DNA of 40,507 bases. It comes from a bacterium (GTDB lineage: Bacteria > SZUA-182 > DTGQ01). The DNA lies in assembly GCA_040752695.1 (NCBI GenBank), contig JBFMGO010000044.1:1-40507 (forward strand), in the 5' to 3' direction. How positions within the stretch are numbered: the stretch's first letter is position 1; each line of letters begins with the position of its first letter. This document shows, piece by piece, positions 1 through 8,061 of the stretch. Both the position numbers and the translations under genes were made by a program. Below the pieces are notes generated by a model that was not told where the DNA came from, made no database searches, and worked only from the letters and a program-made list of their open reading frames with translations.

Positions 1-112
1 CTGGGCAAGCGACAAGGCATGTTTAATAAGGAACAAGATATTAAGATGCATAATTTATTCCATGGCTGGCAATGGTGTCGGCTGCATACAGGAGGGGAAA
101 AAATCTGGAGAG

Positions 113-156
113 GGCCTCAACATCTTACCCTCTGATGCGGGGAAGATGTTGAGGCC
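113..156 (-). terminator. Inverted repeat closing the phage-like operon (probable terminator)
   Basis: Perfect 14-bp arms ggcctcaacatctt (113-126) / aagatgttgaggcc (143-156), about 28 nt past the last ORF; a T6 run follows about 9 nt later on the minus strand. Confidence 0.6.
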
Positions 157-183
157 ACCAGGAGAGGTGTCATTCAATTCCAT

Positions 184-510
184 TCAATTCAAACATCTCA
201 AGCAGGGCTTCTGCACATCGGCCCGTATCTTTTGTTCGTGAACAAATCTTTGGACTGTATTTCGAATAGCGTAGGGGTTCATCCCCAGCATTTCGCATAT
301 ACAGCGGAAACTGAATGGATAGCTGTAATTATCGATGGATATCCAGTAGACTGCCGCATCTTTTCCCTCATCAGTAATAATGTCTTGCAGTGCCTGATCC
401 AGGATTGCTTCAGCCAGGGCTTTGATGCCCGATGGTATGGAATTTTGATGAAACTCGAACAGGTATTCTTCTTCAAGCTGAATAGGTTCTGTTACATCGC
501 TCATAGTCAT
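184..510 (-). CDS. Hypothetical small helical protein, possible HTH-type regulator
   Basis: ORF track gives 184..555; ATG at 510 has GGGAG 8 nt upstream. Pattern LAEAILDQALQD...A..WI.....PFSF..ICE.LG..P..IR resembles a recurrent phage/bacterial hypothetical family (recognised from memory). Confidence 0.6.
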   Translation of the reverse strand: MTMSDVTEPIQLEEEYLFEFHQNSIPSGIKALAEAILDQALQDIITDEGKDAAVYWISIDNYSYPFSFRCICEMLGMNPYAIRNTVQRFVHEQKIRADVQKPCLRCLN

Positions 511-554
511 ATTTTTTACTCCCATCCCCCCAAAAAATGAAATTGTTTTATCCA

Positions 555-818
555 TTACGAAGTTTTACGGAAAACAATTTTTTTGCCGGTCTTCAAATCC
601 AGCTTTTTTTGAATATGCCCCCTCCACCATTCCTCGAGCATTTGCTGATCAGCCTCATAGGTGGAATTGCTGTTGCTTCCCCTGGTGATAGGGGCACCCA
701 GGGTAATATACTCTATGACCTTTCTCCATCCGGTACCGAAAAATCCGGCAATTGCCTGTTTGCCTATCAATGGCCGACCCATAGTACCATCTTCCTCCCT
801 TCTTGTTTTCAAAGTCAT
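555..818 (-). CDS. Small winged-HTH DNA-binding protein (lambda gpNu1 DNA-binding domain / excisionase-like)
   Basis: IGKQAIAGFFGTGWRKVIEYITLGAPITRG...D......W fits the Nu1/MerR-like wHTH pattern; alternative start ATG 782. Confidence 0.55.
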   Translation of the reverse strand: MTLKTRREEDGTMGRPLIGKQAIAGFFGTGWRKVIEYITLGAPITRGSNSNSTYEADQQMLEEWWRGHIQKKLDLKTGKKIVFRKTS

Positions 819-842
819 ACGTACTGAACTCTTTCACTTTCT

Positions 843-3056
843 TCAAAAGATACGTGCCCGCACTCTCTGAACCACGGCCGGATCATCCAGGCTTTCAATC
901 ACTTTTTGTCTGATGATCTGTCCATCGACGATTATATCGATGGTAATCTGTCCGGACTCTTTGAGGTCAAGCAGCATGGGGCCAAGAGCCCTGCCCACTT
1001 CCTGGCCGATATCCTGGGCCAGATTCCCGGATGCATTTCCTTCGCCCGCAAGCTGTGCCCCTCCTCCACCTTCCGCCCCTGGGATGGGGGTGTAGCCCCG
1101 GGCGTCCTGCACCCAGGGCATGATTTCGACGCCGGTCCGCACGCCTGCAATTTCAGCACCATAGTCAGTACTTACTCCCTGCAGCCAGGGCAGATAGTGT
1201 GAGGTCATGAAATTAGCATAGGTGGAAAATGCCGCAGGATCAGCAAGGGCGTTTGCGTAGAGTTCATCCTTCAGGCCCTCAAGCCCGGCCATACTCTCGG
1301 CCGGGGCCAGTGAGCCGGTATCAAGGCTCAGCAGGAAGTTATTGACCGGACCGAGAATTGCCTCGGTATTCTGCCCAACTGCCGTTGTGTTGAGACCAAG
1401 GGCCTGGTTAAGCTCCTGAAAGGTTGTATTCAAGGTCTCCCAGATCGGCTCAAAACCATTCAAGGTGCTCGTCAATTCACCAGCCATCTGAGTCAGATAG
1501 CCTTGCACCTGATCGAGGGGCAAGTCCCCGCTCAGGTACTTTTGCAGCACATCACTTATGGCAGGTCTTTCTTCAGTTCCGTAGAATGGCTGAAAGACAA
1601 TGGGCAAAAGCTCCTGCTCAGCGAATCCTTTAATCAGGGATTGCTGCACGCTGCTCAGGATACTTTGCTTGAAATTCTGCTCAAAGGTTTGAAATTCTCC
1701 GGTCTTGAGAGAAGCGGCAAATGCCTGCCCCATACCGGCAGTGACCAGGTCAAAAATTCCGTTGACCTGCTGGTCAAGATCGTTGAAAAATTCATTCCAG
1801 GGTTTTTGACTGTCTTCCGATCCCAGGGCGATTTCTCCCCGCGTAAACCAGCCCGGAATTACGGTTTTGGCAAACTGCTCCAGTTGACTGAAGGTTGCAT
1901 CGTTCATATCCCTATCGGGGTAGATGGACGTGAACAGATCGAATATCGAACTGGACCGTATTCCAGGTCTGCCGACGGGGGAGAAGATGGCCTGGCTAGC
2001 CATCCAGTTTTCGAACTCCTGCATGGCCTGTCCGGCTGGCATGGAAGTGAACTGATTGAATTTCCAGTCCATATATTTTTGAAAACTTTCACGGTCCTGG
2101 CCAAAAGCAAACATGCCAAGATTCTGGCCCATGGTATCCATAAAAACTTTTTTCATTTCTTCCTGAAAGGCCGGGCCGAATACCTCAGAGAGCTGGCCAT
2201 AAGAGCCAAAAGCAACTTTGATCAATCCTTGTGCTGTCTTTTGGTTCAGGATATCCTCAATCGATCTTCCCACACCGCCCAGGCTGAACTCAAAAGAAGG
2301 GATATCCTCTCCTCCCGCTACCAGTGCCAGTTTTCGTACAAAATCCAACTGGCTCTGCCAGACTTCCTCGGCAGCGGCCACGATTCTCTGGTCACGGCCC
2401 ATATTCTGCCAGGTTTCGGCTACACGCTCGATCTGCCCGTCTATGGTCTGCCAGAGCAGATGAAAGGAGGGAATTTCAGGCTCGCACTCGCTCACCTTAT
2501 GCGTAAGTACATCGATAAGACTGTCAGCCATGACCCCAAGATGCCCGGCGATCATGCCAGATTCGATACTTGAGATCAACCCGTTTTCAAACACCGTCTC
2601 GGCAGCGCTGCCAGAGCCGCCCACATCGGTCCAGCCGGCCTGGCCAAACCCTTTGAGCTGGCTGTCCAGCAATATCGGTAAAATGCCGGAAGTGACGGAA
2701 GCATCCAGGAAAGATCCAGATCCCGCCAGCGACCGCTGAAGGGAAATAGTCTGTTGAAGGGATTTTCCTGCCTCGTCCTGGGCCGAAGAGAGCCTCTGCC
2801 ACCTGGTGATCTGGCGCTCGATCTCCAGCGAGCTGAGGGCCGCAGCCAGATCCGCTGCGGCCCCTTTCTGAAGGAAGAGATTCTCGCCTACATCGGCGAG
2901 AGCATTTCGGAGTCTGTTTAGTTTTTCGGCAGTCTCCTCAGTGTGTTTTCCCGTATATTCAATGGCCTGGCCAAGGTCTCTGACCTCTCTGGCTGAAAGC
3001 TTATCTCCAAATAAAAAGTCTAGGACTAACTCACGATTTGCGTCATTCGACATCAT
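843..3056 (-). CDS. Tail tape measure protein
   Basis: 737 aa, helical and A/Q/G/L-rich, directly after the tail tube and chaperones; C-terminal ITIDIIVDGQII beta-strand typical of TMP ends. Confidence 0.7.
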   Translation of the reverse strand: MMSNDANRELVLDFLFGDKLSAREVRDLGQAIEYTGKHTEETAEKLNRLRNALADVGENLFLQKGAAADLAAALSSLEIERQITRWQRLSSAQDEAGKSLQQTISLQRSLAGSGSFLDASVTSGILPILLDSQLKGFGQAGWTDVGGSGSAAETVFENGLISSIESGMIAGHLGVMADSLIDVLTHKVSECEPEIPSFHLLWQTIDGQIERVAETWQNMGRDQRIVAAAEEVWQSQLDFVRKLALVAGGEDIPSFEFSLGGVGRSIEDILNQKTAQGLIKVAFGSYGQLSEVFGPAFQEEMKKVFMDTMGQNLGMFAFGQDRESFQKYMDWKFNQFTSMPAGQAMQEFENWMASQAIFSPVGRPGIRSSSIFDLFTSIYPDRDMNDATFSQLEQFAKTVIPGWFTRGEIALGSEDSQKPWNEFFNDLDQQVNGIFDLVTAGMGQAFAASLKTGEFQTFEQNFKQSILSSVQQSLIKGFAEQELLPIVFQPFYGTEERPAISDVLQKYLSGDLPLDQVQGYLTQMAGELTSTLNGFEPIWETLNTTFQELNQALGLNTTAVGQNTEAILGPVNNFLLSLDTGSLAPAESMAGLEGLKDELYANALADPAAFSTYANFMTSHYLPWLQGVSTDYGAEIAGVRTGVEIMPWVQDARGYTPIPGAEGGGGAQLAGEGNASGNLAQDIGQEVGRALGPMLLDLKESGQITIDIIVDGQIIRQKVIESLDDPAVVQRVRARIF

Positions 3057-3405
3057 GGTCTTGTCTGTTCTCCTTCAGGAACCTTTCCACTCTCTTGATC
3101 TTATAGATAATATCCAGTTGCTCTTGCGCTTCGATATCCATAAGATCCATAATTCTGACCAAAAATCCGTAGTCCAGGTTCCCGCTCAAATCCCCCCTGG
3201 CCTCAAAGCACAGATCATGGACCTCCAGACACGTTTCATTGACCAGAAGAAGCCGTGGCTGTCTCCTGCCCGGATAGCTTGCCTCGCACTCATCACAGGG
3301 CGGAATCCGGTTTTGGCTGTTCAATTTCTTCCGGCACTTCGCACAGTACTTCGGGTTCTCCCCTTTGTCTTTTATGCGCCAGCGCCAGAAGCCGATAAGT
3401 TTTTT
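3043..3405 (-). CDS. Tail assembly chaperone, frameshifted C-terminal part (gpT-like) with CxxC...CxxC
   Basis: The -1 frame from the slippery site reads KLIGFWRWRIKDKGENPKYCAKCRKKLNSQNRIPPCDECE... and continues as ORF 3043..3324, which has only a TTG start. Confidence 0.7.
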   Translation of the reverse strand, partial: KKLIGFWRWRIKDKGENPKYCAKCRKKLNSQNRIPPCDECEASYPGRRQPRLLLVNETCLEVHDLCFEARGDLSGNLDYGFLVRIMDLMDIEAQEQLDIIYKIKRVERFLKENRQDHDVE

Positions 3406-3779
3406 ACCTCTTCCTCCCGAACCTCCGCAGCCCTGGCCTGAGCGTCGAGACAGGCAGCAGCGACCAGGTTGGTGAGAACGGGAAATTGCTCGACCAATAT
3501 TTTTTTATTTTCCTCACTGAACGGAATGCTTTGACCATGGCCATCCTTAAGCTCCCAATCGAGGCAGCAGTTCATGAAAATCATCGGCAAAGCGATATCC
3601 TGATCAAAACTTCTGGTCGAGGTTTCGGCTTCCCTTCGTACCTTGCGAAGCTCGGTTCTGGTCAAGGGTTTGATCTTGACCCGAAAGTGTAGCCCCTCAA
3701 ATTCCGACTTTTCAAAAACCCGGTGGCTGCCGTCGATCCAAACTCCATCTTTTTGATGTAAATCAAGAAAAAGGTCCAT
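3372..3779 (-). CDS. Tail assembly chaperone (gpG-like)
   Basis: Lies between tail tube and TMP; AGGAGGA RBS before ATG 3779; ends EEEVKNL, typical of G/GT chaperones. Confidence 0.75.
   Translation of the reverse strand: MDLFLDLHQKDGVWIDGSHRVFEKSEFEGLHFRVKIKPLTRTELRKVRREAETSTRSFDQDIALPMIFMNCCLDWELKDGHGQSIPFSEENKKILVEQFPVLTNLVAAACLDAQARAAEVREEEVKNLSASGAGA
3399..3405 (-). other. Programmed -1 ribosomal frameshift heptamer A_AAA_AAC
   Basis: GAG GTA AAA AAC TTA gives X XXY YYZ in the correct phase; the -1 frame is open into the next ORF. Confidence 0.75.
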
Positions 3780-3806
3780 AAATCCTCCTTGCAAGAACCT
3801 GTTGTT

Positions 3807-4760
3807 TCACTCATAACTCGGCTGGCTGTTGACCAGCACTACCCGAAAATCACTGGCTTCCTGGGCATCATGATAATAACCGATGAAGCCAAGGTCCAGA
3901 TAGGCTCCTCCAGGGCCGTTAATCGCCGGTGATTCCTGGCTGTACTCAATTTCGTCAGCCAGAAATTCTATGGAATGAGCACCGGCAGTGCAGATCACCG
4001 AGAGCGAGCTTTTGGTATGGTTTCTTCCCTTGGAGATAATGGTATCGGCATCGAACATACCCTTGATTTTACCCTCAAGAGAGGGAGTACCCTCGCCCGC
4101 TATTGTTCCTTCCCCACTGCCAGCCAGACCAAAACCCATGACTGTATTGTTCTGAAAGTTGAAACTGATTTCCTCAAGGGTTTCGATCGGAGTTCCGCCT
4201 TCACTGACGGCAGCATCGCAGTTATGGAATACAGTAACCGGCCTGCTGATATCGGTGGCAGGAGTCTCCTGGTACGAGCTTGAGCTGTACACTTCTCTGG
4301 CACCGATAATCGGCACGGTGTAGCGCAGCTCGCCACGGCCGCCAAAACTGACGCTGAACCCGGTCGCCTTGCAGCCCGAATAGAGATAGTATTTGTTCTC
4401 ATCCGGCCAGCCCTTTTCGATAAGAAACGAAGGTGTATCAGAACCTATCGTGAAGGTGTGCGTATAAGGATCACTGGAGCCGGTCGTAGTCGGCGGCCCG
4501 AAAACCATTTTGAGAATGTAACCGATTGCTGTCAAGTCGATCGGCCCGGTCAAATTACCGGTAACCGACTTGTTTGCGTAGAATGGTCTTCCAGCATGAC
4601 GGCCAGATCCCAGAATAGTTGAGACTTGAGGCTTCTGGTCCACTTTCAGGTCGCAGGTGCTAAATGGCAGCCTGACAGCAACCGGTGAGAGCGGCAGCGT
4701 TTTAAACGCTGTTTCAAAATCCAACAGCAATTGGCTCTTGGCATTGCTTACCCAACCCAT
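3807..4760 (-). CDS. Tail tube (major tail) protein, non-contractile type
   Basis: 317 aa; YTHTF...PSF.IEKG...Y.YSGC pattern, GGAGGAGG RBS, no sheath gene adjacent. Confidence 0.75.
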   Translation of the reverse strand: MGWVSNAKSQLLLDFETAFKTLPLSPVAVRLPFSTCDLKVDQKPQVSTILGSGRHAGRPFYANKSVTGNLTGPIDLTAIGYILKMVFGPPTTTGSSDPYTHTFTIGSDTPSFLIEKGWPDENKYYLYSGCKATGFSVSFGGRGELRYTVPIIGAREVYSSSSYQETPATDISRPVTVFHNCDAAVSEGGTPIETLEEISFNFQNNTVMGFGLAGSGEGTIAGEGTPSLEGKIKGMFDADTIISKGRNHTKSSLSVICTAGAHSIEFLADEIEYSQESPAINGPGGAYLDLGFIGYYHDAQEASDFRVVLVNSQPSYE

Positions 4761-4789
4761 ATCTATTCCTCCTCCTTCCTCTCCCCATG

Positions 4790-5224
4790 CTACCAGTTCT
4801 TGTGTCTGGTATAGGCAAAGGTTATGGTTTTTTTCTGAATCATCTCTTGTTTATCGTCCTTGAGTGACTGGCTGGGATCTTCGGCTATCGGAAAGACATT
4901 CTGCACGCCGGGAAGTTTCTGATCTATCAGACTGGCTACAATATCACCTGACATAGCCAGAACGCCGTGAGTGCCCATGATCGATTCTTCAGGCCTGAGA
5001 ATCCGCTGAAAAACGGTTATCCTTACCTCAGCACACTGGAGGTAATTCCTGGCCAGCATCTGCTCATTCCTGATTGAACCATCTTTGATGGCAATGGCTG
5101 GAAACATGGCGGCAGCCGGAATCTGAGTATCATCACTGGTGATGTAAATATCAATATCGCGTATGTAGCTCAGGTTTGCATCAGCCTGAAGATGTGTTTT
5201 GATTGCTTTCAAAAGCTCTTTCAT
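4790..5224 (-). CDS. Putative tail terminator / head-tail joining protein
   Basis: 144 aa from ATG 5224 (MKELLKAIK); position between adaptor and tube; FPAIAI motif. Confidence 0.55.
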   Translation of the reverse strand: MKELLKAIKTHLQADANLSYIRDIDIYITSDDTQIPAAAMFPAIAIKDGSIRNEQMLARNYLQCAEVRITVFQRILRPEESIMGTHGVLAMSGDIVASLIDQKLPGVQNVFPIAEDPSQSLKDDKQEMIQKKTITFAYTRHKNW

Positions 5225-5252
5225 GATTACCTGTCCTTTTGGTTCCAGCCTT

Positions 5253-5921
5253 CTAATAACGGTCCAGCGTCCCGGAAGACGAATCCGAGATACGGCCCAT
5301 CGTGAAAATCCGGTCAATTTCGCTGCCAGATGCCCTGGGTCCCGGATCATCGTTCGTATCCGGTGCATCAGCTCCCAGATAAGCAATCCCATTGGCTACA
5401 TTTTCCAGGAACCTGACCACGGACTGGTACCGGTCCCGTCTGTCATCAGGTGCTCCCTTACGCCGGGCATAGAGATTGTAGATTGCTATATCTACACTGA
5501 TCTTGCGGACCATTATCGGCACGAGGGCAAAGGGCAGATTCGCGTAACGGGCTGCACAGTAGCTGTCAATCTCTGCATCGGCATCGGCAATGGCCCGCTC
5601 AACCACTGACATGATTATGGTATTCAACTCTATGACCGCAGCTCCGGTGCAGTGAGCCGCGGGCGTGGTCTTATTTACCCCTCGTAGGCAGTAAATCAAC
5701 TGATTGCCGATTTTCCCGGTATAATCAATCTGCTCCAGATCAATTTCGATTCTGCCGGATTCAGGAAAGCCCGAAGCATCAGTGAGGATAATCGTTGTCG
5801 CTGCGGCGCTGATGTCCCCATTCAGGATGCTGGAAGAAAGTACGCTCCTGTCATCGGTCAATTGGATGAGGTCATCCTCTTTGATTTGCTCTCTTAAATC
5901 TGCGAGTGTGCAGTAAGCCAT
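5253..5921 (-). CDS. Mu gp36-like (DUF1320) head-tail adaptor with inserted domain
   Basis: MAYCT..DL.....L.QLTDD...AIADADAEIDSY...RY..LP...DIAIYNLY.RR motifs, interrupted by a ~75-aa insert. Confidence 0.75.
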   Translation of the reverse strand: MAYCTLADLREQIKEDDLIQLTDDRSVLSSSILNGDISAAATTIILTDASGFPESGRIEIDLEQIDYTGKIGNQLIYCLRGVNKTTPAAHCTGAAVIELNTIIMSVVERAIADADAEIDSYCAARYANLPFALVPIMVRKISVDIAIYNLYARRKGAPDDRRDRYQSVVRFLENVANGIAYLGADAPDTNDDPGPRASGSEIDRIFTMGRISDSSSGTLDRY

Positions 5922-5969
5922 ACGTTCTTTCCTTTCGACCAGTGTGGTCAGTGATTCAATGATCAGGGG

Positions 5970-6005
5970 AAGGGGAGATTTCTCTTAAGCTTAAAATCTC
6001 CCCTT
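5970..6005. other. Stem-loop just downstream of the major capsid gene (mRNA stabiliser or partial terminator)
   Basis: 12-bp arms aaggggagattt / aaatctcccctt. Confidence 0.5.
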
Positions 6006-6028
6006 AAGCCCCCTTTTTTGCCCGCTCT

Positions 6029-7009
6029 TTAACTGGCGATAGTGTTGTACCATAGATATCCGAGGTCCGGGCCGGTCTGGGTAATGCAGACGTTCTCCTT
6101 CACTTCGTACACATCCTGATTCTCGGCAGGCTCATTCCAGGTTCTGGTGCTTCGGGGAAGTCCATTCGGATAGGGTACTCTGACCTGATAGCCTGAGCTC
6201 GGGGTCTTCAACCCCGGTACCGGCGGGCGGTAGAAGAGAAAAGCCGAGCCATTGCCAGGGACCTTTTCCCAGATTCTGGCAGCCGTAAACTCGGTGCCTT
6301 CCAGTCTCTCTCTGGCCGAGGAGTAGATCGCTCCGCCGATCAGGACCTCGTCCAGATCGAAGAGCGCTGCGATCAGCTCAGCCGAGATAATGCCGCGCTG
6401 GGTATATTTGATTCTCTCAAGAACCGTGGCTTCCATTTTAAGCTCCTTCAGGGTGTTCGAAGAGAGCAAAAGCACATTCGGCCGAAAGCCGGTATTGCTT
6501 TCAACCCGGTCAATGGCGGTTTCAACGTCACAGATGAAGGTATTGCCCGCTCCGGCAGCCCAGAGACCTCCAGCGTCCTCGCCGCCAGGCAGGTCTGACC
6601 ACGTGCTGTTGAATACGATCTCGGACACCCGGCGTTCCTTTTTCAGATCGATCTTCATAGTACAAAATTCAATGGCATCCTGCTCCGGCTGTAAAGGGGG
6701 AGTGTTTGGCAGTGCAGCTAATTGCCGGTCCTCTTCGGTGACCTCTTTGGCAAAGGCAAACTCCGTGGCGCTGATAGCCACGGTATCTACTTTATAGCCG
6801 CCCCTGGCCGCCTTCGTTCCGGGTGCTCTTATGGCAGCCTCATCGCGAAACCAGTCGCTCTTGAGATATCGGCCGATTTTAGCTTCAGGCGAAGGGCTGT
6901 CAAGGATCGGGAAGACCCGGTCCGCAATATAGGCCCGGTTTCGATAAGCAAGAGAAACATTGGCCAGAGGCCCTGAAACCAATAAACCCCGTACGTTTGG
7001 TTGTCCCAT
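6029..7009 (-). CDS. Major capsid protein (lambda gpE-like family)
   Basis: 326 aa; L.NVSLAYRN..YIAD.VFP start and RAPGT.A.R and G.RPN motifs; position after protease and decoration genes. Confidence 0.8.
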   Translation of the reverse strand: MGQPNVRGLLVSGPLANVSLAYRNRAYIADRVFPILDSPSPEAKIGRYLKSDWFRDEAAIRAPGTKAARGGYKVDTVAISATEFAFAKEVTEEDRQLAALPNTPPLQPEQDAIEFCTMKIDLKKERRVSEIVFNSTWSDLPGGEDAGGLWAAGAGNTFICDVETAIDRVESNTGFRPNVLLLSSNTLKELKMEATVLERIKYTQRGIISAELIAALFDLDEVLIGGAIYSSARERLEGTEFTAARIWEKVPGNGSAFLFYRPPVPGLKTPSSGYQVRVPYPNGLPRSTRTWNEPAENQDVYEVKENVCITQTGPDLGYLWYNTIAS

Positions 7010-7192
7010 GGTTATTATCCTTCCTCTCTTCTTGTGTAGGCAGCGGGCCGCAAGGTATAATAAGGTGCCTGCTCCACTGGTTGTTCACTACTATTGGTTA
7101 CCTAAATAATGAATGGTTTACCCACAATGAATTGATTCTCTCTGGTTATTACTCTGTTCATTACTCTGGTTAATGCTTTTTAAGCACTCTCT

Positions 7193-7963
7193 TTAATAGA
7201 CCATTGTTCCAAGACTGTAGATGGTCGCGTTCGATGCGTCGTTCATAACGCACAGAAATCGCCGGCAGTTGTTCTGAGCAATGGTCATGGTGCCGGACAG
7301 GGTTACGCCGCTGCCGGCAGTTACGGTGATCGTCTCGGCTGCATCGGCGGTGTTGCGGATGATAAACTCAAAGCTCAAACCAGCTATGGTACTGCCGCAT
7401 CCGGCGTCCATGAGAGCGGCTGCGATCTGTGCTCCTGTCGGAGTCAGGTCAGACCGGCTGCTGCCATTGGGATCGCGCAGGATGAGACCGCCGAGGAGCT
7501 GACTCGCGGTATACGTAGCAACATCAGCCGTGTTAATGGATGAAACGCTCGTCCTGCCAATGAAAAGATCTACGCCACGGGGGAAAGGCCCGATAAGCTC
7601 CACGGAGCATATATCACCTTCGGCTCCGGCAGCTTCGAGTACGCGGCCACGCGCATATTTCCAGTTGGCGTCTGCATTCTGGCCCTTACCCGCATCACTG
7701 GCACTTACGTATTCGGGCTTGACGAATGTGCCGAGGCCAAGGCTGGCATTGGCCACCAGTTTGCTCTTGCCAAGCAGCATGACGCTGCCAGCCTGGCCGC
7801 TGGCTGGTGCATCCTGCAGGATGCCAAGGGCCACTTCATTGCTCGAATCCGGTAGTCTGATCTTGCCTGAAGCTGGATCCAGGACCACAAAGTGATACTG
7901 GTAATTCGAGAGGTCTTCTGCCGCCTCAAATGAGAGGCGGAGAACCGAACTTTCTGTGCTCAT
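7193..7963 (-). CDS. Capsid decoration/cement protein (DUF2190-like) with C-terminal extra domain
   Basis: N-terminal ~125 aa (A.EDL...QY.FV...A.GILQ.AP..G....V...G.SK...LEAAGA.GD) typical of the gene before the MCP. Confidence 0.65.
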   Translation of the reverse strand: MSTESSVLRLSFEAAEDLSNYQYHFVVLDPASGKIRLPDSSNEVALGILQDAPASGQAGSVMLLGKSKLVANASLGLGTFVKPEYVSASDAGKGQNADANWKYARGRVLEAAGAEGDICSVELIGPFPRGVDLFIGRTSVSSINTADVATYTASQLLGGLILRDPNGSSRSDLTPTGAQIAAALMDAGCGSTIAGLSFEFIIRNTADAAETITVTAGSGVTLSGTMTIAQNNCRRFLCVMNDASNATIYSLGTMVY

Positions 7964-8061
7964 CTTGCTTTCTCCTTATTCTTACCTGATAAAATACGGG
8001 TTAAGATGCCTGTTAAGATTTTTTAGCAGAGGGAATTTCTCTGGAATTACGAGTCCTTACA

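Noticed and set aside
1503..2573. 356-aa plus-strand ORF
   Set aside because: Antisense to the tape measure gene with no recognisable motifs
5225..5392. Long N-terminus of ORF 4790..5392 overlapping the adaptor gene
   Set aside because: ATG 5224 has an RBS and removes the overlap
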